From the human T2T-CHM13v2.0 reference genome, Homo sapiens: a stretch of 64,000 bases of DNA. The notes under the pieces are model-generated. The model was given only the letters and a program-made list of their open reading frames with translations, ran no database searches and was not told where the DNA came from. The DNA lies in NCBI RefSeq assembly GCF_009914755.1, contig NC_060938.1; one strand, written 5' to 3'. Made by a program: the position numbers and the translations under genes. Below are positions 39,090 to 52,380 of this stretch, piece by piece; position 1 is the first letter of the stretch; each line of letters starts with the position of its first letter.

Positions 39090-42000
39090 CATGTGCATGT
39101 ATGTATATACACATATATATGAGAGTGAAAACCAAACTGAGGTTTCAGATGGACTTTAGAAGGATTGAGCAGGTTTTGAAATGCGTCCTGACTTGTCATT
39201 GGCATTTGTCATATTATCACATGCTTGGAGGTTTTCTCCTGGGCATTTCTGCATTTTTATCTAATGTGGTCACACAGGGTGTTTGCTATTTCAATGAACA
39301 TAAAAATATTTTATATAAACTATTTACCAAGGCTCTCTAGAAAGGAGAAAAAAGATAGTTCTAGAGTGTCTTAGAATATCTCTTCCCTCTAGCTAGGTCC
39401 AGAAACGCTAGTGTCCTTGCCAGGCATATTTCCTTAGAATAAAAATGATGGACTAAAGTTGGGACCATTTCATATATAAAACTTGAACTATTAAAAAGCC
39501 TCTTGTTCAGAGACTTGTTCTCTTACATTTAAATATACTTTAGTATTCCAGAAAAAAAAATGCTTAGACCCAATGAGAGAATACATACAGTGCTACCAAA
39601 AAAAATCAAGTCATAAAGTGAAGAATCAGCCTCCAATTGGTGAAATCCTGTCTTGGTGCTACAAAAAATGATATGTCTTTACTTAACGGAGTTTTATGGG
39701 GACTAACAAGGTAACTCCATAAGACAGAAAGAAGTTTCATTAATTATAGTCTGATAAAAGAGAGCTTTGTTATCAAGAGTGCATTTCTTGCGCTAGGCGT
39801 TCATTTCTCAAACAACATTGGCTTTCTTGTATATCATGGTGTTTAAAGGGAGGAGTGAACAATTGACCTAGAGATGAGCTCTTTGAAAAGTTCTGTTTTG
39901 CGTGATATGAATGTAAAAGAGTGGAGCATGAGCTATGAAAGAATTTCCAATAATCTCTCCTTGAGGACAGACAGATATTGAATGATGTGATGAGTGAGGC
40001 TATGGAACTAGGACCTCTGCCTTTTTTCACCCCTCCACTTGGGCTGGGGAAGCACAGTTACTCAGAAAAAAGTTAATTCAAAATATTTTCAAAGGTTCTT
40101 TCCTTACAATCAAAACACTGTTGTCTGTGGCAAATGGCACACCCACCTGCCCCCAGGAAAAGAAGCTACATGACTCCTGGGGAGATTTCTTCTGGGATCC
40201 TTTCCTGCAAACCTGCAACACCCATGAGCACCCATGAACTCTGCAATTCTGTGACTTTCCCCACCTGTTTCATAAGAAGGCAAACTAGGGCTAAGACCAC
40301 ATGTAGTCACAAAACCAGACCTGTTTCCTGCCCTCGTTCTTCCCCTCCTCCACCTTGGATGGATTTTCATACAACTTTGATGAAAATAACTAGGAGGATA
40401 TAAAGATCTCTGTGGGGAGATCCTTTTGGGAAGTCCAACATCCCTGGACAGCTGAGGATCCTGGATTTCTTGGTGGACACGCCAACCCAGGAGTCCACTG
40501 TGGGGTGGAGTCACGGCTGGAGCCCAGGCGTGCTGTGTGGATTAAATGAGTTAATGTCTGGGAAGTGCTCAGAAGGGAGAGTTCTGAACACAGAGAAAAC
40601 ATGTTACTATCATTGTTATTTGAAAGGAATTGGAGGTCAATTATTTGCTACCCTACATTAGATGAATCTTTATTTTATCACCTCTCTTACCACAAAAAGT
40701 GTTCTCTTCCTTGAAAAATGTCTTTTTTTTCCTAATTTGCCTTGAAGTCAAATCCTAGCAAAACCAAGCAGTTGTTATTAATAGCTACATAAACACTGGA
40801 AAATAGGTCGGCACCCTCTTTTTCTCCCAGAAAGACATTGGCTAATACAATCTAGCCCCTGATTGATTTGTTTGTTTGTTTGTTTCACCTAGATATGTTC
40901 AGTAAACAAGGGAGAAAATAAGAGTCTATCAAAGCTGAACTTCTCTATTCTTGAGCTATCAGCCTTTTGCTTTGCTTTCCCCAACAATAAATAAAAGAAC
41001 GTATTGAATATTTTAAGGGGTGTTCTTGGGACAAAAACAGTCTCATGCACACAAAAAGTCAGCCTTTATCTGCTGTGATCTTGGGAAGTCCAGCACACTA
41101 GCCTGGAAGTTTGTCAGAGACTCTGAGCATCCTAAAATCAGGAAATTTGTCTTCTTCATCAATGTAACCCCAACACCTAGCAGTAGGAAGTTTCCATTGC
41201 TGGTAAAAATAGGCTCACATGCTGTGAGGTATAAATGGTCATTTAAAAGGTAAGTTAATTTGAAGAACAAGACCGAGTCCCCAGATCCATTTAATTTTTA
41301 ATTTTTGGCAGTGTTTCCCAAGAACCAGGCCACTGGTTGAATGATTAAATTCTTGCTCATCTTGGAGGGAAAAAAGATACATTGCTGTGGACTTTTCAGA
41401 AGACTAAATTTGTTATTTGCAACCCTTGGCCTTCTTTTTGATATTATCTCTTTGAGACCTAATATTGGTGGGTTCACATGCCTTGCTCTTTCACCATTAT
41501 AGAACTGGGTTTTTCTTCTTCTGCTGTCTATTTAATTTAATTCTCAACCTTGAGCCTTAATGGAAAGAGAACATTTTTCTCTTCATAGACACAGTCTGCC
41601 AGCTTTTTCCTGCTCGTTGTCCCTCGAAAATAAGTCAGTAGACTCTCATTTAAGTGGTTATCCACCAAGGAGTTCATTTACTAAAACATTGCATGGACAA
41701 ATGGAGGACAGTGACAAAGTTCTATCCATGTTCTGTGGCTTCTGTCTTTCATAGGCGATTCTCTGATGCACTCTGGCAATACTGCCTGTCTACTTTGATT
41801 CCTAAACCTGCTGCTCATGAATTAATCTCTTGCTGTTGTTCTTCTGGGTAGGACTGAGCTTCTAATCTGGGCAGAATCCCAAGTCCTTCTGGCCTTGGGG
41901 GAATTATTTACCCTGTTATGGACCTTTCTTCTCAGGGACTCTGTCATAAGAACCTCTGTCAATAAGCTTTTCACAGGAAGGCCCTCTTGAAGGCCACACC

Positions 42001-45000
42001 CTGGCACCCTTGTTCTGATGAACTGTCTCCTGTGGCCTCTCACCCACAGTATTTCCTGACCTGTTCCTGGTCTCAAATTCTCAACCCCTACTTGCTAAGA
42101 ACTGATGGAATGGAGACAGAAGGGGAATAAGACATGGCCCTTGCTGTGGAGGGGTGTGAGGGAGTGTTTACTGGGTGATTCAAAGCTTATTTTGGTAAAT
42201 GGCCACAGGAGTACTCACCACTTCTCCTGTGCGGCAGGCATCTGGCACCTAAGGATGTCCAGGCTTAGGAAAATTCAGGGAGAAATGTGAGGTAAAATTG
42301 CTCCAAGTATATCTTTTCTTTTAAGACTGCGATAACAAAAATAGAGGCACACATAAAAGGATAAAGAAAAAATGAAAACAAGCAGTGAAAGACAACATCC
42401 GCTCTCATTTCAGTTTCCTGGAAGCGGAATGTGGTTGGGCAGATGGTGTTCTTTTGTTTCACTAGAAGAAACGGTAAGGTGTAAATACACATGATACACA
42501 CAGCAGTGAGGATGGAGAAGGGGCTCGACTCTAGGTGCTCGGTAATTTCTAGGTGGGTGGGAGGTTTTCTTCGTTAGGTTAGGTTGGTCCTGCCTACTGA
42601 GATCCGAAGATACTGCCTTCGACCTGACAGCTTCCAAATGGGGACCACAAGCTCTCTAATGTTCCATAAATGGGCTACCAGGAAGTCTGTGAACACCCTT
42701 ACTTTTTTTTTTCTGCAAAATGTTGTAGGTTTGTGCATTTTCTTAGAGGAGTTTTTTGTGTTTCACAAGATTAGCAGAAGATTCAATGGCCATTGGCTTC
42801 TTGTGTCTTCATGCCTTTTCAGTTTGCTTCGGTAAAGTTAGTTGCATGTGACTATATGAAGTTGCTTAATATAATTGCCCATATTTGCATTATATTGGAG
42901 ACTTTTCAAAGCTTTCTCACATATAAGCAACCCCTTTGACTCAGTAACAGGAGCTGTTACCAGTAGCCCATCTTACAGCTAAGGAAATGAAACTTACAGC
43001 CATGACTTGACTGGCTTATGGCCACACTCATGTCCTGTCAGGACAGAGGTAGGACAGACACTCCTGCCTCCTGATACTTTCTGGTTTGGTGCTCCTCTTA
43101 CTTACTGCTCTTGCTCTCATTTTTTCTGCCAAAATTGCCATCAGTATCAGTGAGGAGTAGGAAGAATTTGAGTCTAAAACATGCATGAAGTGAAGAGAAA
43201 ATTGATAAGAAAATAAGTCAATGTGTCTCATTCTGGTTAATTATACCCATGTTTGACTACCTCTGAGGTTATTTTGAAGCAGAAATAATGTTATTTACCT
43301 CTGCATTTTCAGTACCTAAACAATGCCTCCTGGAGCATAGTAGATGCTCAATTATTTGAGGTGTGCATAAGTGATTCAAAGTATGAAGAAAGAATCAGAT
43401 GCCCAAGGCGTATGTTGCCTGGTTTCCAGATACCTGCCCATCATGGATTCTCAAATGGGCCTTGTCTGAAGTCTCTAAGATGGCCCTATGTCATTACAGG
43501 ATGATAGGGAAGTTTGCCAGAAGACTTTTGATCAATGAATGATAAAGTCCATTGATAAAGCTTTTATCTCCCGTGGTCTTATGTAAGAGGTGTCCACGTC
43601 ATCCCATCTGGATACAGCTTTTGAATTATCCCTCTAGGGTATTAGGAGGTCTAGTGAACTGTGCACTTCATCAAATAACTTGCTCTTAAATAAGTCACAC
43701 ACTCCCAGGTGCAAAAGATAGGAAGATCTCTTTTCTCAAATAGAAGCCGGAAAGCAACTACCCGATTCCAATAACCAAAGGGTGGATAAGAGGAAGCTAT
43801 AAAACTTGCTCAAAAGAGCTCTTGCGAGTAAGAGGTTGAGAAGGGGAGAAGTTACAGTGATTCTAGTAATTCAAGATTCTAAACAAAACAGGACTTAGAG
43901 AAATGGCAGTGACAGTTGCCACTAGTAGTGTGGTATTAATCTTAGTCTGACCCCTGGATCCAGCAGAAATCCCAGCTGAGCTTCCAATTTTTATGTAAAT
44001 GGGAGAGTCAACTGTACACATTTAAGAGATGTTTGTGAAAATAAATATTTGTTTTTATGATTAATCTTGGCATTACATGATATGGAATAAAATTCTAGAA
44101 CTGAAACTCCCATTGAGAATATTGAACATTCTAGAGGTAACTCTTTCTTCTACAATTGATCAGCATAGATCTTTCACCCCAGCATCAATCAATCATCAAG
44201 ATAGAGTCATCTCTATTACCTTTGGGGCAAATTTCCCTGGGCGTGGGACACACTTTTCTAAATTTTTAAATGTGTGAAGCAAGCTAAAAGACATAGTTAG
44301 GCAGAATTGGATTTTGCTGAAAAGCCTCCACCTGTTTTTTTTAAAAAAGGAAACTTCCAAGATTGTAGAATTATATCCATCGCCTCAGAAATGTTGGGAT
44401 CTGAAGGTAGCATACCAATGTGTGTATAGAGCTAGTTGATACCAATAAACATTGGCATTAGGAGAACATGTATTGTCTAAATTTCTCCCCTTTCTGAGGG
44501 ACAACTATTTTTCTTGGCAGATTGGCAAGATAATCCCAAAGACAAATCCAGTGCACCTTCCCCACACCCTGGCCCATAAACATAAAGGGATAGAGTCTAG
44601 GACCAGGTCAAGATGAAGATTTCAAAATAAAATTCTTAGAGACCCAGCATTCTGGAAACTAGAGAACATCATGGCTGGGAAGGGGGCATAGATGGGCACA
44701 CCTTATACTATGACAGAGACAGGCTCTCAAAATGGAATGGGGATGGCATTTCAGTAAATGCCCATCACCTAAGACAGAGATAGTCTCCCCAAATTTTGCA
44801 CCCTTAATATCGCATTCACTCCTGAGACCAACACAGTAAACTAGGTATAGGAAATATGTTTGCCTCTACTGTACAGAAAGGAAACTGAGGTACATTCACC
44901 CATTCTTGTTGACTGCCTATATACACAAGGCTCTTTCCAAACTACATAGGTGAGCAATGACTTATAGCTTCCTAAATTGGTTGCCTGATATAAGTGTTAA

Positions 45001-45239
45001 AGACCATTTTATGTTCATTCTACAGACAATGAATATCAAACATTTCTCTGGTCTTGACCAAAATTTCATATTTTTTTTCCCTGAAAATATCAATATGAGT
45101 TAGAAAATAGGCTCTAGAGCTTTGGCTTAATCCCAGTCACCAACTCTGAACCTGTTTCCTCATCTTTAAATTAGACTAATAAGATCTCTCTTGCATCACT
45201 TAGAAGTCTTTGGGGTCATTAAAGTTAATACTGAATCCT

Positions 45240-45545
45240 ATTTCAATTGTACATGTATTTATTAAATACCTACTCTATGCCAGGAACCATACTGGACACT
45301 GAGAGGACAATGATGAATAAGACCCACTTACTCACTCTTCCTCCTAGTGAAGCTCATAGTCTAATGGCAAACGCAGACATTGAACATAGACCGACATGCA
45401 TAAGGCATGCAGTGGAAGGGAAAGCATGGAATGGGATGGGAGCCATCGCAGGAAGTGTAAAGAGAATATTAACTATATTGGGAAGATGAGGCTGCAAGCT
45501 TTCCATGAAGAAAGTGAAAGAAGTGAAATGTAAGCTAAAACATTC
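45240..45545 (-). mobile_element. L2 LINE 3' fragment
   Basis: catgtatttattaaatacctactctatgccaggaaccatactggacactgagaggacaatgatgaataagac...gaagctcatagtctaatgg. Confidence 0.75.
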
Positions 45546-47069
45546 GTATACAGGAACAGAAAGCCCTACTTTTATTATAGTATGTGCTAGTATTAGTCTT
45601 CCACAGTATTGGTGTTCTATTAGTAGAAAGATCTGTGCTATCTCTGTGTCCTGTTCCGGCAGCACTCTGAGCATCCTCCAACATGGGAGAGTGAGGAAGC
45701 CGCATACTGTCAGATCTCAATGCCACAGTGTCATAGATGTCTATGATTTGAGGAACTCAGTCAGGGTGGCCGGTTGAATGGCTGTGGATGGAACCACCAA
45801 CTCCTGATTGGCATTCTCCCTGCTGCACTTCTGAAAGGAAGGAAGAAAAGAAAATCTTGCAGGCACCCACACATCCAAAAGGAAAAAAAAAAAAAACATG
45901 TCAGTTGTACCCACTCATGTCATGTCTGCTTAGTGACAGGCAGAAGTACGCCCACTCCTGGTGGCCCAAACTCCAGAAGGAAAGTCATGTTGGAGCTGCC
46001 CACACTCTCAAGGATGACATGGGAGCTGGGTCAGCAGGCAAGTCATCTCCAGCATCTCAAAGGGCTGGGGAAAGAGGGAGGGCCTAAGTCAGGTGTAATG
46101 GGCCAGTGTTCACCTCTTCTTCTAGACTAGGAGAGCCTTGAGGTCAGGGATGACCAGGACTGAGTCTGGGAAACTGATAAAGAAAGATATGTTTATAAGA
46201 ATCACTGGGAATAATTAGAAGGGCTTCCTGTTGCATGGCTGCCTTAGGACTGTGAAGCTAACATAAATGCTGGAAGACTCGCTGAGCAAGAGAAAAAGAA
46301 GAGCCCCATTCTGAGGTTCAATTCAGCACTGCAGTCTCTTGCCTATCTAAAGAATCACAGAAAGCCTGATCTCTCCATGAAAATTCACTTCTCCCATAAA
46401 GAGTTCAACCCCTCAACTCCCCAAAACACCATTAAGATCAAATCACTGGGAAATCTTTTATCTGCCATTCAGAATTCAGCAAAAGAAGCTTGGAAATCTG
46501 CTTATAGACATACCACAACTGACTAAGCCAAACATGGGTGAATGCAGAAAACAAGGGATCCATTCGTTGAAGGATTACCCAGGCCTTTAGTTGCCATCTT
46601 TGCAAGCATCCTTGATACCTCTCCAAAGCCTTGAACTATCAACTAAAGACCAAGAAAGTCTACAAAATCACCAAGGATCCTGATGGTGCATGTAATTGCT
46701 CTAAGAAGCTGGACCGAGAGGAGCAGTGACATTTGAAGTAGTATAGAGCTAAAAGAAATGACTTGTTTCCTCTTTGGTTTATAATCTTTGTGAGTTTTTT
46801 AGAGAATAATTGAAGGGGATAACATATTATCTATTCACATAGATAAGAATGGGTAGATAAATAGTTGGTTATAAGGAATCTTTTGAAGTTAGATTTTTTT
46901 GTTATCATAGAGCAAGGAACATATTTGACAAGCAATACCCTAACACTTGGGCTGTTATCTGAGAACCTCCCAGGTTGCACACCTATGCAAGTAGGGAACT
47001 GAATATGTAGCCTACTTGTTCTGAAGCTAAGCTAATCTGGATTTACATTTGCAACCTACTGGGTTTCAT

Positions 47070-47640
47070 TTATTCAACATAACAGTATAAAATTATACAG
47101 ATTAACTGATAAGATACTAATAATTTGATTGATAAAATGGGGTCCCATTTGCCATATTAAACAAAGGGGAGCTGAAAGAATAATTGAACTGAAGAGGCAT
47201 TTGAAAGCTGTCAGAAGAGAAGCAAAGGCAACATAAGCTGAGAATACACAGGTCTGCTTCCATTTGGTGGGCCATAGACAAGCCTTCTTTGAGGAGGTGA
47301 TCTTGGAGCTGAAGAAACTGTTGCTTAAAACACAAAGGAAAGATGGCAAAGGTTGAGAGATGGTGGTAGCAATAGAACATGGTATGGGAAAATGGGGGGC
47401 TATGCAGTGACATCACATGGTTTAGTTTATCTGAGGAGGTATCCAGTGCATCCTTTGGAGGCCAAGTCAAAACATGTGAACTTCTTCTGTAGACAGCAGG
47501 AAGCCCTGGAGTATTTTCAGCAGAGAAATAATATGTTCAGAGAAACATTTTAGGAAGATAAATCTAACCATGGTGTGAGGGATGTTAGAAATAGCCAATC
47601 TGGAGACAAGGCAATCAGTCATGAGGCTCACGCTTTGGGA
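47070..47640 (-). mobile_element. L2 LINE fragment
   Basis: ccttctttgaggaggtgatcttggagctga...gtagacagcaggaagccctggagtattttcagcagagaaataatatgttcaga...ttttaggaagataaatct. Confidence 0.7.
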
Positions 47641-48120
47641 AGGAGGAGAAGTGAGGAGTCTCTGTGGTCCTTGAGGCTGAAAATTCCAGTCTGGTTAGAC
47701 AGGACTCCTGATTCCTCAACACCCAAGGGGAGAAACTGGCATGTCTATGTTCTACTTGTTCTCTGATTCCCCTTATGTTAATATTATCCTCTCTTCTTGG
47801 CTGGGAGGAGGTACCAGTAAAATTAGGAGTGTCAGAATGAGCTGCTTTTTTGGCCCACGCAAGCCACTTACATTTTCAAATCATTCCTATCACTCTCAGC
47901 TGACAGGCATAGGACTTTGTTCTGATGCCTTCATTCAGAATGGAGCCTTGGAACGAGGCAGAAAGACCCCCCCTGCTCAGGTTTACCCACATCACCCTCA
48001 CTCAGACTCTGTTTCTTTGCTACAGCATGGGGGGTAATAGGAACACCTGCCCATGCGGCTGGGCACACTTAGCACACTGGCTGGCACATGATAAACTCTC
48101 ACTCAATGCTTCTTGCTATT

Positions 48121-48465
48121 ACAGGTCTGCAATCCCTTACCTACAATTCTGGAAGCCCAAACGCTCTGAAGGCTTACATTTTATGACTTATTTGACTGCA
48201 ACAACTGGCCTGATCTGAACTCATTAGGCAGCAAAAGTTGACCTGGACCGACACTGGGCTGTTGATAGTCTTTATTTATCCGACTTGGTGTGCATATTCA
48301 TACATTTTTCTGCAGAAATATTAATGGGCTTGATTGCAGGGCACTGCCCCAGGCTCCACTGGGGGTGTTAAATAATACTGAGTGCATGCAACATATTACT
48401 GTTCTAAATCTGAAACATACTGAATGCCAAAGGGCACAAAGGTTTCAAATATGGGGTCATGGATT
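48121..48465. mobile_element. Old TcMar-Tigger-type non-autonomous DNA transposon
   Basis: caggtctgcaatcccttacc...gatagtctttatttatccgacttggtgtgcatattcatacatttttctgcagaaatattaatg...ggcactgccccaggctccactgggggtgtta; exact family uncertain. Confidence 0.65.
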
Positions 48466-48925
48466 CATATTGCAAAGCTTGTATCTTTTTAAGGAGTGGT
48501 TGGCAGCCTTCACATCTAGATGCAAAAAGGAAGAAACTGTTGACACGGAATAGAGTATTACTTTTTTTTTTTTTGGTCTTTTCTTTTTATTTGTCAGATG
48601 CTGAAATAAGAAGTGAGCTTCTGAAATGCCTGTGGGTGGTGCTGGAAGCCCAGGGTGTGAAGCCCACCTCCCACCCAAGGAATTTCAGTTTCAAAAGTCT
48701 GACTCCGCTTTTGTCTCGGCATCCTGTTGAGAGAACGTGAATGGAGAGGAGAATTTGGCTATTCTTTGTCTTAAAGATGGGACACTGAGGTTTTGGGAGT
48801 TTCAGGACCTAGTGATAGGTCCTACAGGCTGAACAAAATGGTGCCAGGACAGTCTTAACAACTTTTGAGTTTTGCATCAAACAGTCATAAGGCCAGAAAT
48901 ATCTTAAGCAAGGCTTTGGTTCTAA

Positions 48926-49501
<576 letters not shown>

Positions 49502-50419
49502 GAGTGATTGTTTCTTTCTCATATCTTCTCCTTTGTCCATTCAGCAGCATAGGGAGGGACACTGAGTATCAAAGAGCAGCCTTTCACCTCCTAAATGCAG
49601 TTGGCAGAAGATTAATGGTGGGATTGGACTAACACAATCAGTGTTTAGGTAAAGTTTGTGTTTGAGCTACTACAATAATTTTAGGGAGTCTGCTGGATCT
49701 CTCTTCTTCTTTGTTCTGTCTGCTGAATAGTGGGCCAAGATGACACTCTGAGCTTTCCACCCTGAAAGACAAACACCAGAATCTTGGGACTAGAGTCTTT
49801 GGCTTGGAGATTGTGATGCCATGAAAAAAAAATTCCCCAAATGGAACATGTCTTCAAGGAAAAGACAAGCAATGTTTTCTGGGTGGTGTTGATACAAAGG
49901 ATCCTGTGTGAAGAGTTTGGAGACCTGTTTCATTCCACCACCAAAGTACCAGCAAGGGTCCATGAACTGGGGGATTTTGAAAACTCTGTAGAAACTCAGA
50001 ATCTTTTTTTTTTCTTTCTACGTGCATAAGCTATGTTGGAAAATAAGCACACTGCCATCATTCCAAGTGCACCTCAAGTCCTACCTCATCTGCAAAGCCT
50101 CGATTCCTTTTCACCTTCACTGTCTGGACTTTTTGCAATCATTCCCATTCCTCTTCTCCGTGGGGCTACTTCCAGAGCCTGCAGTGTCAGGGAGCTGTGC
50201 ACCGGAAGCCTTGAAGGGCTAGTTGGTCTTCCCTGTGTTTCCTGGGACGTTGTTGTTTAAATAACTTGCCATCCACCCACAGTTCTGGATCTTCACATAT
50301 TTAAACAGAACTACTGTCTCCCTATTATCTGCCACACCAATAGGGTAGGGGTGCCATGTTCTTCTAGGAGGATAGGCTCTAACCCTTGGAGTCATTGCCA
50401 GCTCTCCTCTCTTTTCTAC

Positions 50420-50680
50420 CTTCTGGTTCTAAGTTGTTTTGGGCCAAAGAGCCCTTTGAGACTCAATGACACTTTGTCTCTTCCCACATGGAAACACACA
50501 CGAGTAATACTATCTTTCTTACCATTTCCAGGGGTCACTAACCCTCAGAACTTCATCCCTGGGCCCCCCACCCTCCATCAGTGCAGGGTTTCTCAGAGTA
50601 GCCCGTGAACCACTGCAGTGGTTTGCTTTAACCCAGATTCCCAGACCTCATCCCTAGACCTACTGAGACAGAATGGACAG
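50420..50680. mobile_element. hAT-Charlie MER fragments (MER5-like at ~50580-50675 plus an adjacent Charlie-type fragment)
   Basis: ccctttgagactcaatga...tttccaggggtcac; cagggtttctcaga...cagattcccagacctcatccctagacctactgagacagaat. Confidence 0.5.
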
Positions 50681-50856
50681 AGCAAGGAGGACAGATGAGC
50701 TGCCCAGACCACGTGGTTAGTATGTGGTGACCCTGGGATTCAAACCCGGGGACTGGCTTCCAAGGTAATGTTTTCATTACCTCGATCACAAGGGGGTTTG
50801 ATAAACTAAGCAATCAGAACTTGCTGGTTTTCCAAGGAAGAATTGACAGGATGATT

Positions 50857-50906
50857 GAGAGAGAGAGAGAGAGAGAGAAAGAGTGTGTGTGTGTGTGTGT
50901 GTGTGT
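50857..50906. repeat. (GA)n(GT)n compound microsatellite
   Basis: Direct reading. Confidence 0.95.
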
Positions 50907-52284
50907 CAGGAAGGTTGCAAAGTAGTATAGTCAGAGTTAGAGTGGCCTAAGATTTAGGGAGGAAAGCAATATACACTCAGACTCTGTCCCCAAATGTCTG
51001 AACTCTACAGTGATCAAGACACTGCTGAGATGTTCCCATTACTAGGTGCATTTTCCAACACATGATTTGTTCCAGCATCCCCTCCAGCTTCCTAAGGACA
51101 CCCAGGAAAAGCCAATCTTATCTGAAAGACCATACCCTTTGAACCCAAAGTCACTGGAACTCTTGACAATGCTAAGGATTCAAGATCTGCTGCCCCTGAG
51201 GGAACAGCCCAGACATAGACAGAGGAGGCAGAGCACCAGCGTCCTCACCCCGTGGGACTTTCCAGGCAGGCTGACCGGAGCAGGTTTCTGTGAGAAACTG
51301 ATAACTGGGCTGGCTGCCCCTGGCCTGCCTGCCTGCTCGAGACAGGGAGTGACAAAGTGCTGCATCACCTTTTTCTCCCGCGGTTCGGGTTCACACTGCT
51401 GGGCTGGGCTCCAGAGGAACTGGTGGTTAGTTTTGTGGTCACCCAGCAGTTTTATGAAGGCCCTTAAGGTGCTTCAAGTACCAGGTGGCCCCAGCGTGGT
51501 TTAACTGTCTGGGGGCCCGAGCTCTCTCAGTGGCCACCTAAGTAAAGTAGACAAGCTTCATGTGAGAATTGTTCAGTTGGCCATGGCGATTACATAATGC
51601 ACTAGAGGTGCAAGGACCACGCTTGCTATTCAGTAAGATATTACAAGTTCATACATTGTAAATTAATAAATATGCCAGCCCTCTTGTGGCATGTGACAGT
51701 GAATCTAAAGCAATTGGAAACATCCATCGCCTCATCTGAGAGTTACAGCAACCCCATTGGATGCCTTGTGGGTTCCATGCTGCAGATGTGCAAAGTGAGG
51801 ATGGTCAAGGCTGAGGGTCTGTCCAACTGACCAGACAACAACTGAGAGCCTTCCACAGGTGATGTCAGATTATTATTCCACAGCCCCACACAATCTGGAG
51901 TCTCCCCACTTTGCAGACAATGAAACTTCCCTGTTTGTAGTCTAATTCTTTCCCAGCTAGCCCCTCTCTCTCACTGGAACATCTCTCTGAAAGCTGTGGC
52001 TTACAGCTCTCAAGCAGGTAGGATCAAGATGGCTATATTTGCTCTTGGTTTTCTTCCCAGATGCTCTGTCAGACAGCACTTCTTAGCACAAATACAGAAT
52101 ACAAAATAACTCAGACCGCCTTTCAAGAGCCCTCAGGAAGCTTTGGGGTGACATTTTAACTGCCTCTTCACTTGGTCTCAGGCCTTGTTTTTTATTTATT
52201 TAAACATCCATCATAATCTGAGTACCAAGAATATGACCAGGCATGGACCAGCAGCTGAAAACGCAGAAGATTAAAGACACGGCA

Positions 52285-52380
52285 AACACTCATACACATA
52301 CATGCACAGATTTGTTCACACAAACACACATATATGCACATGCACACACACACACACACACACATATGCACACGCAAACA
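52285..52380. repeat. Imperfect (CA)n tract
   Basis: Direct reading. Confidence 0.85.

Noticed and set aside
41244-41256. Strong isolated splice donor AAG|GTAAGT
   Set aside because: No convincing paired acceptor or ORF; isolated consensus donors are common by chance.
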